A stretch of 64,000 nt of DNA, taken from contig OZ219815.1 of NCBI GenBank assembly GCA_964291235.2, forward strand, positions 1,184,001 to 1,248,000. Direction: 5' to 3'. This stretch comes from Vicinamibacteria bacterium (lineage in GTDB: Bacteria > Acidobacteriota > Vicinamibacteria > Marinacidobacterales > Marinacidobacteraceae). Positions 21,493 through 31,341 of this stretch are shown here, one piece after another (position 1 is the first letter of the stretch; the number at the start of each line of letters is the position of its first letter). The translations under genes were made by a program, and so were the position numbers. A model generated the notes under the pieces. It did no database searches, was not told the DNA's origin, and saw nothing but the letters and a program-made list of their open reading frames with translations.

Positions 21493-21987
21493 GTGATCAG
21501 CAACGGCGTCCCGGAGATCAGCGACCGGGACCTCAACCTCATGCGCGCCGCCCTCGCGGAAGCCGAGCAGGCCGCCCGCCACGGCGAAGTCCCCGTCGGC
21601 GCGGTGGTCGCGAAAGACGGCGTCATCCTCGCTGCGGCCCGAAACCGCGTCCTCGAGACCGGCGACCCCACCGCCCACGCCGAGATGCTCGCAATCCGCG
21701 CCGCCGCAGAACGGATCGGCAACTACCGCCTCACCGGCTGCGACCTCTACGCCACCGTCGAACCCTGCCTGATGTGCGCCGGGGCCAGCGCCCACGCCCG
21801 CATCCGGAGGCTCGTTTACGGCCCCCCGGAGCCCAAATTCGGTGGAGTAGAATCGAAGGTCGCGCTGGATGGCTTGGGACTAACGCACCACCTCACGGTG
21901 GTTTCGGGAGTGCTGGCTGACGAAGGACGCTCGCTCTTGCAGCGTTTCTTCCAGGAGCGTCGGCGGGCTCAAAGCCCTGCCGAGTGA
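21493..21987 (+). CDS. tadA: tRNA adenosine(34) deaminase
   Basis: GEVPVGA, DPTAHAE, NYRL, TVEPCLMC and FF..RR motifs; start approximate. Confidence 0.92.
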   Translation: MISNGVPEISDRDLNLMRAALAEAEQAARHGEVPVGAVVAKDGVILAAARNRVLETGDPTAHAEMLAIRAAAERIGNYRLTGCDLYATVEPCLMCAGASAHARIRRLVYGPPEPKFGGVESKVALDGLGLTHHLTVVSGVLADEGRSLLQRFFQERRRAQSPAE

Positions 21988-22016
21988 CTTCCGGCGCACC
22001 TTGCCCAACCAGGCCC

Positions 22017-22109
22017 GGAGAGGTACCGAAGTGGCCGTAACGGGGGCGCCTCGAAAGCGCTTTGTCCGGTGAAGAGCCGGGCACGTGGGTTCGAATCCCA
22101 CCCTCTCCG
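22017..22109 (+). tRNA. tRNA-Ser(CGA)
   Basis: GGAGAGG/CCTCTCC acceptor stem, anticodon loop CT-CGA-AA, long variable arm, GGTTCGAATCC T-arm, discriminator G; CCA not encoded. Confidence 0.95.
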
Positions 22110-22110
22110 C
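22099..22110 (+). repeat. attL core (CACCCTCTCCGC)
   Basis: 3' end of tRNA-Ser; identical 12-mer at 58452-58463. Confidence 0.75.
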
Positions 22111-22312
22111 TGCCGGGGGGTTTCCCGGGGGTGCCGATTCGCTCCCGGAAGATCGCCGTAACCCCCGTATAAACCGTGGTATACTGGCTCTCATAGCCGC
22201 TTTGCCGTTCCCTTCGAATTCGGGGGGTTCCGGCCGAATTCGTGGGACCGTTCGGGGTTCGAGTTCGAATTGCGAGTTCGATCCCACGAAAAAAACGCGG
22301 TAGGAAAAACCG

Positions 22313-23482
22313 ATGGCAGCGATGACCGCAGCGAAGGCGAAGGCGCTCCGGGAGCCGGGCAAGTACCGGGCCGAGCAGACCCTCTATCTCCGGGTGAGGC
22401 CGAGCGGCCGAAAGTCCTGGGTGCAGCGCCTCACCATCCACGGGAAGCGCCGCGACATCGGCCTCGGGCCGTTCGAGCTGGTGTCCCTGGCCGAGGCCCG
22501 GATCAAGGCGTGGGAGAACCGGCGCGCCGTGTTCGAGGGGCGCGACCCTCTGGCCGAGCGCCGGCGGGCGAAGGCCCCCACCTTTCGGGAAGCCACGGCC
22601 CGGACGCTGGAAGGACTGCGCTCGCAGTGGCGAAATGGGAAGCATGCGGCGCAGTGGGCGACGACCCTCGAGACGTACGCATTCCCGACGCTTGGGGAGC
22701 AGCGGATCGATTCGATTCGCGGAGAGGACGTCCTGCGGGTTCTGCTGCCGATCTGGACGGCGAAGGCGGAGACGGCGCGGAGGGTCCGCCAGCGGATTCG
22801 GGCGGTGCTGTCCTGGGCGCAGGCCCACGGTTTTACGTCCGGCAACGTGGCGGCGGAGGGAATCGACGGCGCGCTACCGAAGGTGAACGGCCGGAAGACG
22901 CATTTCCGCGCCCTTCCCTACCAGGAGGTAGGAGAGGCCCTGGCGGTGGTGGACGGATCCCCAGCAAGTCTCGCGGCCCGTCTCTGTTTCCGGTTCCTGG
23001 TCCTGACCGCGGCGCGGTCCGGCGAGGCTCGCGGGGCGCGTTGGAGCGAGATGGATATGAAGGCCCGCGAGTGGCGCATCCCCCGCGAGCGGACGAAAAC
23101 GGGTGCGCCGCATCGGGTCCCCCTGTCTAACGAGGCGATGGCCGTTCTGGAGCGGGCGCGTGCTTTGGACGACCGTAGCCAGGTGGTGTTTCCGGGCCGC
23201 CAGCGCGGGCGGGAACTATCCGACATGACGCTGACGAAGATCCTCCGGGAGCGGGGGTTGGCGGACCGGGCCACCGTCCACGGATTCCGCTCTAGCTTTC
23301 GCGACTGGTGCGCGGAGGGGGGCGCGCCGCGAGAGGTCGCGGAAGCAGCGCTGGCGCACACGGTCGGGGGAGTTGAGGGGGCGTATTTCCGCTCTGATCT
23401 GTTCGAGCGCCGCCGGGCGCTCATGGAGTCCTGGGGAGCGTTCCTGACTGACTCGACGCGAGCTCGGGCTGTGCCAGGGTAG
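22313..23482 (+). CDS. P4-like tyrosine integrase with arm-binding domain
   Basis: LYLRV..SGRKSW, IGLG....VSLAEAR, LTAARSGE, HGFRSSFRDW, LAH and AY.RSD motifs. Confidence 0.95.
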   Translation: MAAMTAAKAKALREPGKYRAEQTLYLRVRPSGRKSWVQRLTIHGKRRDIGLGPFELVSLAEARIKAWENRRAVFEGRDPLAERRRAKAPTFREATARTLEGLRSQWRNGKHAAQWATTLETYAFPTLGEQRIDSIRGEDVLRVLLPIWTAKAETARRVRQRIRAVLSWAQAHGFTSGNVAAEGIDGALPKVNGRKTHFRALPYQEVGEALAVVDGSPASLAARLCFRFLVLTAARSGEARGARWSEMDMKAREWRIPRERTKTGAPHRVPLSNEAMAVLERARALDDRSQVVFPGRQRGRELSDMTLTKILRERGLADRATVHGFRSSFRDWCAEGGAPREVAEAALAHTVGGVEGAYFRSDLFERRRALMESWGAFLTDSTRARAVPG

Positions 23483-23656
23483 GGATCCTAGGAGTCAGCT
23501 CAGAACCCGCCGCACAACTCCGTGTCGCACTAGCGGCTGCGTCGTCTCATAGCTGACGACCACTACATTCGGCCAAACTTGGCTAGAGCCGCGCCCGTCG
23601 ATCCGTCACGACGATGTCGCAACCCCTTCTTTCAGGCACCGGTCGCTCAACCTGGT

Positions 23657-24076
23657 CTAGCGGCCGAAGCCGGACCCGGCTCGATGTCCGCTTGGCACAA
23701 ACGGGTTCTCTAGAAAGTTGTCGTCGAACTTGTCCAAGCTGGAACGCGCTGCCTTTGCCATCTCTCGAATCAGCGTTTTGAGATTCACGGCGGTCTTCTC
23801 CGCGAAGTAGCACTTCAGGGCTCGGACCACGTTGTCATCGCCGTAGTAGGCAACCGCGACCTCGTTTAGCGCGACAAACGGCTCGCCGGGCCCTCGATGG
23901 GACGCCATCGCGGCCGTCAACAGGTGTCTGCTACCCAACAAGCGCCGGAGCACGTCGCGCTTCGGCGCGAGGATGTGCGTACGACGGGTCCACCACAAGC
24001 TGACTGCCGCGATGGTCACCGCCGTACCCGAAGCAATCAGACCCCAGTCTGTGACTGCGACTTGGTGACAGTCCAC
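23657..24076 (-). CDS. Small membrane-anchored protein, DUF6680-like
   Basis: N-terminal TM helix followed by KRDVLRRLLGSR...FVALNEV...LIREMAK. Confidence 0.55.
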   Translation of the reverse strand: MDCHQVAVTDWGLIASGTAVTIAAVSLWWTRRTHILAPKRDVLRRLLGSRHLLTAAMASHRGPGEPFVALNEVAVAYYGDDNVVRALKCYFAEKTAVNLKTLIREMAKAARSSLDKFDDNFLENPFVPSGHRAGSGFGR

Positions 24077-24430
24077 TTATTTCGTCCTCCTAGTTCTCGT
24101 GCTTGAGAGTGCAACTCCGCTCAGAGGCGACCGTTCATCCGGGAAACCGTGAAGAGCAAACCGACCGAATGCGCGTAGTCGATTCTACGAACGGCAGCCC
24201 TCTTGGGCCGTGGTGATAGTCATCGAGGACACAGGAAGTGTGCCATAACTGCCATTGTCAAGGACTAATGTGTAGCTGATAACACACTACTGTCACGCTA
24301 TGTCATGTTCGGTGGGTTTACAGGCGCTAGTTGGTGATTTTCGATCACGAGAGGCGGATCGGCACGGAGCCACACTCGCGCACCGATCCCCAACGCCGAT
24401 TGGGGCGGGGACCCGGCCGCGCGCAGCGAC

Positions 24431-25468
24431 CTAGAGGAAGGCGGCGCCCGCATGGTCCTCGAAGGCTTCCGCTTCCCGGATGTACCGCAGGACCGTGCGA
24501 GGGCTGGTGTGCCTGGTGATTTCCATGATCTTCTCCAGCCGCGCTCCATGGATCGCCGCGCTGGTCACGAACCCCGCTCTAAGCGAATGGCCCGAGTAAT
24601 CCGCAGGATCCAGCCCAATCGCTTGCACGTAGTGCTTCACCAGACGTGCTACGTCGGAGGGGTGCATCGCCCTTCCCTGCACGACTCCGCCCTGCCGCAT
24701 CGTCTGGAAAACCGGTCCGCGGACTATTCCCGCCAGCGCGAGCCACTTTTTCAGCCGCGCTACGGGCCGGACCAGGCTCCCTTCCGGTACCGGAATGCTC
24801 TGGCCTTCGCCGAACTGGTCGGTCTTGGACTTCCGGATGTGGACGAACATGCCGGAGGCACAACGCGCCGGGCCCAGAAACTGAAGGTCTCGCAACTGGA
24901 GCCCGCAGATCTCCGACCGGCGCAGCGCCGCTGCGAAACCGATGGCAATCAACGCCGCGTCCCGCGTTGCGATGCGCCGGAACCTCCCGTGTGCCGCGAA
25001 CACATCACAGCGTGACAGCATGCGAGCAATCTCGTGCTCCCGTAGCGCCTTCACCCGCCGCGGCTGTCCATCCGACAAGCGCCTGAGCCCCTGCAGGACC
25101 CTGTTCACCTTCGGGTCGGTCGTCGGTGGAATCCGGCCCGCCTCGCGATACCGCCGATTGATCCCGGCCAGGAAGATCCTCAGGGTACCCACCGCTAGAG
25201 GCCTTTCACTACGCGTCGTGGTGTCTCGAGCTTGAAGTCCTGAAGCCAACGTCACCAGAAAGCCGGCGACGGTGTCGGGCGTCGCAGCCATGGGATCGCT
25301 TTCGTTCTCTTCGCAGTAAGCGGTAAACCGCTGCCAGCCTCTCTCGTAGGCGGCGTTGGTGTTTGCGGACACGGATGTCCGAATGGCCTCGGTCACCAAG
25401 GACTCGGCGCCGGTTCGCTGTTCGTGCGCTTTGTCGCTCGAACCTCGCTTCGCTAGGGCCTGGGGCAA
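24431..25468 (-). CDS. Cre/ResD-like tyrosine recombinase (start approximate)
   Basis: SAM-like N-domain (S.NT..AY...W..F), RDAALI..GF..ALRRSE, SKTDQ.G.G, GHSLRAG and TRH....VLRY. Confidence 0.9.
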   Translation of the reverse strand: MPQALAKRGSSDKAHEQRTGAESLVTEAIRTSVSANTNAAYERGWQRFTAYCEENESDPMAATPDTVAGFLVTLASGLQARDTTTRSERPLAVGTLRIFLAGINRRYREAGRIPPTTDPKVNRVLQGLRRLSDGQPRRVKALREHEIARMLSRCDVFAAHGRFRRIATRDAALIAIGFAAALRRSEICGLQLRDLQFLGPARCASGMFVHIRKSKTDQFGEGQSIPVPEGSLVRPVARLKKWLALAGIVRGPVFQTMRQGGVVQGRAMHPSDVARLVKHYVQAIGLDPADYSGHSLRAGFVTSAAIHGARLEKIMEITRHTSPRTVLRYIREAEAFEDHAGAAFL

Positions 25469-25930
25469 GGATCGGTCCTCCTGGACCGCAGGCCTCGCGA
25501 GTGTTCCCGTTTTCCAGTCGACGCCGGCTCACCGAACCCTCGGTTGGCCGTCACCGACGCAGTCCCCGCGGAAGGTGTAGTCGGACGGTCAAAAACGCGC
25601 GTCGAGCGGGGTCGGCTTGGCGCGCCGAGCAAGAAGGGGCTCGCTCTCCAGCGCAAGTTGGCCGCATTCCAAGTCATTGAATCTAGGCCACCAATAGTAC
25701 CCGACAATGGCAGTTGTGCAGGAGTAGTGTGTTTCCGATGGCACGGAGCCAACGCGGCCGCGCGTAGTCGCGCTCTGGTGAGCGGCCTGCGCTGGTGCGA
25801 CTCAGTTCAGAGATCGTGCTTGAGGCTCCAACGTGCCGCCAGCCCTTCACCTAAGTGCCGAATTGAGCCGGGTCGCCCGCAACAAGTCCAGTTGTCGCGA
25901 GCAAACCGCGGGTGCCGTTGCTCTGCGAGG

Positions 25931-28900
25931 ATGCGGGGCCGGCGACTTGGCGGGATTGCGTTGCAAGGGGTAGGACGCTGCGCGCGGGCAAGCCTGGCGC
26001 GCCTGAACGCGTTGCTCACCGCCCTGGCGATAGCCGGGCTGACGTTGTTGTCCGCCCCGACGGTGATGGCCCAGTCAGACATCTGGTCGGCCTCGCTCGT
26101 CCCGAAGAGGTCGCCAAGTACTTTCTTTTGGGGCTGCGCCAACAACGACTCTGATCATTTGTGCACCGACCAGCTCTCGCCCGACTCCTTCACATACAGC
26201 GGCACGACCTATCAGGTCACAGAGGTCACGGTGAAAACTCTTCTCGACGGCACCACGGAGCTAGTTTTCGGCCTCAACCACGCGATTCCCAAAGCATTGT
26301 CGCTTTACGTCGGCAGTCGGGAGTACTCCTTTGGCGACGCACAATTCGCTGGCGACAAGGTCGCGAAGTGGAGCCCCGCTGGCCTGACCTGGGTCGGTAA
26401 TTCTACGGTTTCGCTAAGCCTAAAGCTGGACACGACGTCGCCGGCCGTCTCGAGCGCGACGGTGGACGGCGCGACGCTGACCGTCAACTTCGATGGGAGC
26501 TTGGACACCAGCTCCGTGCCCGCGCCCGGCGACTTCCACGTCACTGTGGGGAGCAGTCGCCGCCATGTCGCCGCAGGCGGCGTAAGCATCGTCGGGAAGA
26601 CCGTGACTCTTACCCTGTCATCGGCGGTCATCGCTACCGACACGGTCAAGGTGGGCTACACGCAGCCGAGCGCCAACGCGCTGCAGGACGCGAACGGCAA
26701 CAAGGTGGCGACGTTCACCGATCAGGACGTGACCAACAACTCGCCGCCGGTGATCTTGTCGGTGGCGACCACGTCTACGCCCGACCACGATTCGGATCGT
26801 AGTGGGACGCCCGACACCTACTCGCTCGGCGGGAAGATCGCCGTGGAGGTCACGTTCAGCGAGGCCGTCGCGGTCAGCGGCGGGAACGCCAACGTGAGGC
26901 TGCGCCTCGACCTGGGCGCGGACGATGCCGATCTTGACAACAGCAGAAAGCTGCTTCAGCTCCATAGCGCGAACGGCCCGACGCTGCGTTTCGAGTACAC
27001 GGTCACAGCCGCGGACACGGACCCCGACGGGATATGGGTGCAGAAGCTGAGCTCGGGCAGCGTGTTGGGCCTGGCCGGCGGCGCGACGATCACGAGCCCG
27101 CGCACGAGCCATAACGCCGTGCTGACGAAGGACGGCCTGCCGACCTCGGGCGACCCGAACCACAAGGTGGACGGCAGCGTGGACCAGTCGCCGATGTTTC
27201 AGGGCGCGGTGGTGAACGGCAAGCGCCTCACGATCACCTTCAACCGGAACCTGGACGAAAGCTCGGTGCCCCTGCCGGCCGCCTTCCCGGTGACCGTGGG
27301 GACGAGCAGCCCCGCGCATCCCGCCGAGGTGGACATCGCCGGTGCAACAGTGGTCTTGACCCTGTCTTCGCCGGTGGGCGACGCCGACACGGTCAAGGTG
27401 AAGTACACGAAGGCGGATGCCGGGGCCAACCCGTTGCGGAGCATCACCAGCATCGAAGCGGCGGCGTTCGCCGACCAGGAGGTGACGAACGAGACGCCCT
27501 CGGGCGTTCCGACGATGTTGTCGGTGTCGATCACCTCGGCCCCGTCACTGGATGCGGACGGCGACGGGACGCCGGACACGTACGGCCAGGGCGAGACGAT
27601 CTTCGTGGACGTCCGGTTCGACCAGCCGGTCGGGGTGGACGACGGCGGTGCGGCGGGCAACGTCTTCGTGTGGCTGGACATGGCCCCGAACGGCGCCCTG
27701 CGGCTGGACGAGGACCGCCGGGCGCTCCCCTTCCATGGTCTCGGCCGGGGCGGCAGGATCATGCGGTTCCAGTACACGGTGACAGCCGCTGACCGGGACG
27801 CCGACGGGGTGTTCGTGCAGCCGGACCTCGACAACGACACGGTGGTGTTCCTGAAAGGGGGCGCGAGCGTCAAGAGCCCGACCACGGACCGGCTCGCCGT
27901 ACTGAAGTTTGCGGGGCTTCCGTTCGATGGCGACACCAGCCACCGGGTGGACGGCAGCGCGATCGTCACCGCGCCGGCCTTGTCGAGGGCAGTGGTGAAC
28001 GGGCGGACTCTGACCCTCAGGTTCAGCGAGGCCCTCGACCCGTCGTCGGCGCCAGCGGGCGAAGCCTTCACGGTGAGCGGGGGTCGGTCCGGCACCGGCA
28101 CCGCGATCGTCTCCGGCAACATGGTGACAGTGACGCTGGACGCGGCCGTGGAGCGTGGCGAGGCGGTGACGGTGAGCTACGCCGCGCCGAGCAGCAACCC
28201 TCTCCGGGACGCCGACGGCAATGCCGTGGCGAGTTTTTCGGCCCGGAGCGCGACGAACGTGGAGGCCCGCCGTGAGCCGCTCGCCGACGCTGGCCCCGAC
28301 AGAACCGTGGGGCTAGGAGCGCGCGTGAGGCTCGACGGCTGGGCGAGCGTCGATCCAGACGGCGACACGCTGACGTACGCCTGGACCCAGACCGGCGGCC
28401 CAGCCCTGAACCTCAGCGGCTCCCGCAGCATAACGGCGTCGTTCACCGCGCCTGAAGTGGCCGGCACGCTGACCTTCCGTCTCACCGTCACCGATCCGGA
28501 AGGGCTCTCCGATTCGGACGAGGTGACGGTGACGGTGCGCGACCTTGAGATGAGCTTCGGCGACGCGCGGGTCGGGAGGCTGCTCTTGTCCACAGGCGAG
28601 ATGATGGAGCCGTTGCAACTGCCGGAGGCGAGCGGCGGGGGGGGTGGGGTCCGCTACGGGCTGACGTCGACGCCGGCGGGCCTGGCGGGGCTGGATCTCG
28701 ATCCGGTGACGCGATGGCTCACGGGCACGCCGACCGCGGCCGGGACCTTCACGTTCATGTGGCGCGCCACCGACGAGGACGGCGAGACGGCGGCCATCGC
28801 CTTTCTGGTGAGGGTGAACGGGGTGCCGGCCGCCCGGGCGGGGGCCGATTTCAGCGTGGACCCGGGGGCGCCGGCACGGCTCGACGGATCGGGAAGCGCG

Positions 28901-30898
28901 GACCCTGACGGCGACCGCCTGACCTTCGCCTGGACGCAGACCCTGGGCGCGCGGGTCGCGTTGTCGGACGCGAACCACGCGCAGCCGTCGTTCGAGGCGC
29001 CGTGGCGGCCCGAGCCCCTCGTCTTTCGGCTGACGGTCACCGACCCGGGCGGGCTCTTCGACTCCGACGAGGTGAGGGTGACCGTGCGGGACCTTGCGCC
29101 GAGCTTTGGCGACGCGGAGGTGGCGCCGCTGGTGCTCGACGTGGGGAATGAGATGCGAGCGGTGGTGCTCCCGGAGGCGAGCGGCGGCAACGGCGCGCTG
29201 AGCTACCGCCTGACCTCGGCTCCGGCGGGTCTCGTCGGGCTCGACTTCGATCCGGCGAAGCGCCGGCTCTCGGGGACGCCCGACGCCAAGGGGCAGTATG
29301 TCTTCACCTACCGGGCGGACGATGCTGACGGCAACCGCCAGAACTGGGACGCGGCGCTGCTGACGTTCACGGTGACGGTCAACCCGTCGGTCGAGGCGCG
29401 GAAGCGGATCCTGACGCGCACGCTGGCGGCGGTGGGCTCGACTGCGCTGTCGAGCGCGCTCGATACCATCGGGTCGCGCTTCGCCGACGCGATGCCCGGC
29501 ACGACCGTGTCGCTCGCTGGCGAGCAGCTCTCGTTCGCGGTGCCCGGCGGTGTCGGCGGCGCCCACGGGGCCTGCCCTGCGGGCGGCTACGGGGGGCACG
29601 ACAGCGAGCGGAACGGCTTCGGCGGTGGAGCCGTCGAGGGCGGCTTCGGTCGATCGGGCTTCGGGGCGGGCGCGCGCGGCTGCGGCGGTGGGATAGGCGC
29701 CCTTGGCGCCGGCGGCGACGCCGGGTGGGGCGACCTGCTCCGTTCGAGCGCCTTCTCGCTGAGTCTCGGGCAGCCCGGGGCGGACGACGCTACGGCGTGG
29801 CGCTGGGGTGTGTGGGGCGGCGGCGACGTGACGGAATTCGCAGGCGAGCCCGATCCGGGCTCGCGCTACCGGGGCGAGGCGTGGACCGGCTGGCTCGGGA
29901 TCGACGCGCGGGCGGGCCGGTGGGTTGCCGGGCTCGCAGCCTCCTACGGGGTGAGCGAATCGAACTACCGCTTCGCCGGCGGCGAGGAAACGGACGAGTG
30001 GGGCCGGCTGGTGACCAATCTGGCCGCGTTCTACCCCTACGCACGCTGGACCCTCGGCAAGGGCCTGGAGGTGCGCGGGTTGGCTGGCGCCGGCCTCGGC
30101 GTTGCGCGCCACCGTATCTGGGACCGCGAGCGCGAGTCGAGTGACCTGTGGATGTCCATGGGGTCGGTCGGAGTACGCCAGGCGCTGCCGGCGGTCGCTG
30201 GGGTCAACGTGGCGGTGCGCACCGACGCGAGCTTCGCGCGGCTGGGGACCGGCGAGGGCGAAGAGGCGGTCCACGGGTTGCGCGCAAACATCTCGCGCGC
30301 GCGCATGGGGCTGGAGGTCTCGCGGGGGTTCGCGTTGGGCGCCGGAGCGGCGATCGAGCCGTTCGTCGAATCCTCGATGCGGCGCGACGGCGGCGACGGG
30401 CTGACCGGCAACGGCTTCGAGCACCTGGTCGGGATGCGCTTTCTGACGGCCCGGCTGCAAGTTGAGGCGCGGGGGCGGCTGCTGTCACTGCACACCGCCG
30501 AGGCGGCGCGAGAGCGCGGAGCGAGCCTGACCGCGCGGCTGAGCCCGAAGCGCGACGGGCGCGGGCTGTCGCTGTCGCTGATGCCGCAGTGGGGCGCGGC
30601 GACGGGCGCCGCCGATGCGCTCTGGCGCGAGGAGATGCCGCGGCTCCACGGAGTCACCGGCAGCGGCAGCGGAACGCTCGACGCGAACCTCGGCTACGGG
30701 GTCCGGCTGGCAGCCCACGGGCTGTTGACGCCTTTCGCTACGGCGAGGGCGTCCGGCCACGGCCGGGGCTTGCGGCTCGGGACGCGCTTCGGCCTTTTGC
30801 ACGCGGACCTCGATGTCGAGCTGTCGGGCGAGCGGCGCGAGCGCAGCGTCACCGCGCCCGATCACGGCGTCAGGCTCGATCTTCGGCTCCGGTTCTGA
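25931..30898 (+). CDS. Large surface adhesin/autotransporter with SwmB-like, PKD and Ig-like repeats (start approximate)
   Basis: Signal peptide ending VMA-Q; three A.V.G..LT..F...LD..S.P...F.V repeats; two AG.D..V....LDG..S.DPDGD.LT..WTQ PKD units; two GL..DP..R.L.GTP units; C-terminal beta-barrel ending LRLRF. Confidence 0.85.
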   Translation: MRGRRLGGIALQGVGRCARASLARLNALLTALAIAGLTLLSAPTVMAQSDIWSASLVPKRSPSTFFWGCANNDSDHLCTDQLSPDSFTYSGTTYQVTEVTVKTLLDGTTELVFGLNHAIPKALSLYVGSREYSFGDAQFAGDKVAKWSPAGLTWVGNSTVSLSLKLDTTSPAVSSATVDGATLTVNFDGSLDTSSVPAPGDFHVTVGSSRRHVAAGGVSIVGKTVTLTLSSAVIATDTVKVGYTQPSANALQDANGNKVATFTDQDVTNNSPPVILSVATTSTPDHDSDRSGTPDTYSLGGKIAVEVTFSEAVAVSGGNANVRLRLDLGADDADLDNSRKLLQLHSANGPTLRFEYTVTAADTDPDGIWVQKLSSGSVLGLAGGATITSPRTSHNAVLTKDGLPTSGDPNHKVDGSVDQSPMFQGAVVNGKRLTITFNRNLDESSVPLPAAFPVTVGTSSPAHPAEVDIAGATVVLTLSSPVGDADTVKVKYTKADAGANPLRSITSIEAAAFADQEVTNETPSGVPTMLSVSITSAPSLDADGDGTPDTYGQGETIFVDVRFDQPVGVDDGGAAGNVFVWLDMAPNGALRLDEDRRALPFHGLGRGGRIMRFQYTVTAADRDADGVFVQPDLDNDTVVFLKGGASVKSPTTDRLAVLKFAGLPFDGDTSHRVDGSAIVTAPALSRAVVNGRTLTLRFSEALDPSSAPAGEAFTVSGGRSGTGTAIVSGNMVTVTLDAAVERGEAVTVSYAAPSSNPLRDADGNAVASFSARSATNVEARREPLADAGPDRTVGLGARVRLDGWASVDPDGDTLTYAWTQTGGPALNLSGSRSITASFTAPEVAGTLTFRLTVTDPEGLSDSDEVTVTVRDLEMSFGDARVGRLLLSTGEMMEPLQLPEASGGGGGVRYGLTSTPAGLAGLDLDPVTRWLTGTPTAAGTFTFMWRATDEDGETAAIAFLVRVNGVPAARAGADFSVDPGAPARLDGSGSADPDGDRLTFAWTQTLGARVALSDANHAQPSFEAPWRPEPLVFRLTVTDPGGLFDSDEVRVTVRDLAPSFGDAEVAPLVLDVGNEMRAVVLPEASGGNGALSYRLTSAPAGLVGLDFDPAKRRLSGTPDAKGQYVFTYRADDADGNRQNWDAALLTFTVTVNPSVEARKRILTRTLAAVGSTALSSALDTIGSRFADAMPGTTVSLAGEQLSFAVPGGVGGAHGACPAGGYGGHDSERNGFGGGAVEGGFGRSGFGAGARGCGGGIGALGAGGDAGWGDLLRSSAFSLSLGQPGADDATAWRWGVWGGGDVTEFAGEPDPGSRYRGEAWTGWLGIDARAGRWVAGLAASYGVSESNYRFAGGEETDEWGRLVTNLAAFYPYARWTLGKGLEVRGLAGAGLGVARHRIWDRERESSDLWMSMGSVGVRQALPAVAGVNVAVRTDASFARLGTGEGEEAVHGLRANISRARMGLEVSRGFALGAGAAIEPFVESSMRRDGGDGLTGNGFEHLVGMRFLTARLQVEARGRLLSLHTAEAARERGASLTARLSPKRDGRGLSLSLMPQWGAATGAADALWREEMPRLHGVTGSGSGTLDANLGYGVRLAAHGLLTPFATARASGHGRGLRLGTRFGLLHADLDVELSGERRERSVTAPDHGVRLDLRLRF

Positions 30899-31341
30899 GA
30901 GGGGTCGGGAGCGGTCACCCGCGCCGATCGGTGGGCAGCGATGGGTTGTCGCCGACAAGGGGTTCCCGGTCCCGGCCGCACTCGGCGGCAAGTGGAACGG
31001 GGTCGGAGCGAACCGGAACGCGCTGCGGACGTGACGCACGGGTCGGACGGTACCGGCGGCGCCGACCATGGGAGTCGGCGCTTGCCGGATCCCGTCGCCC
31101 GCGCCCTCGATCTTTCGGGGATCTGCGGCGGTCCGGAGTTCATCGGGCCAGGGCCGGACGCGGTGCGCCGCGTGCGCCGGTTGGCCGCCATCCTCCGGGG
31201 CGGCTTGCTGAAACGCAGGGAGATGTGCCCTCAGCCAATGGAACGCGAACCCACCGGGGATCGCCGGGGTGCCGACCGGCGTGACGGCAGGAACGGTTCG
31301 AACGCCGTGAGCCGCTGAACTGGAAGGATCGGCGAGCGGCG

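Noticed and set aside
25544-25930. Long N-terminal extension of the adhesin ORF
   Set aside because: Cys/Arg-rich non-protein-like sequence ahead of the signal peptide; likely the divergent promoter region.
30941-31318. 125-aa ORF between the adhesin and AIM24
   Set aside because: No motifs or clear start; cannot be supported as a gene.
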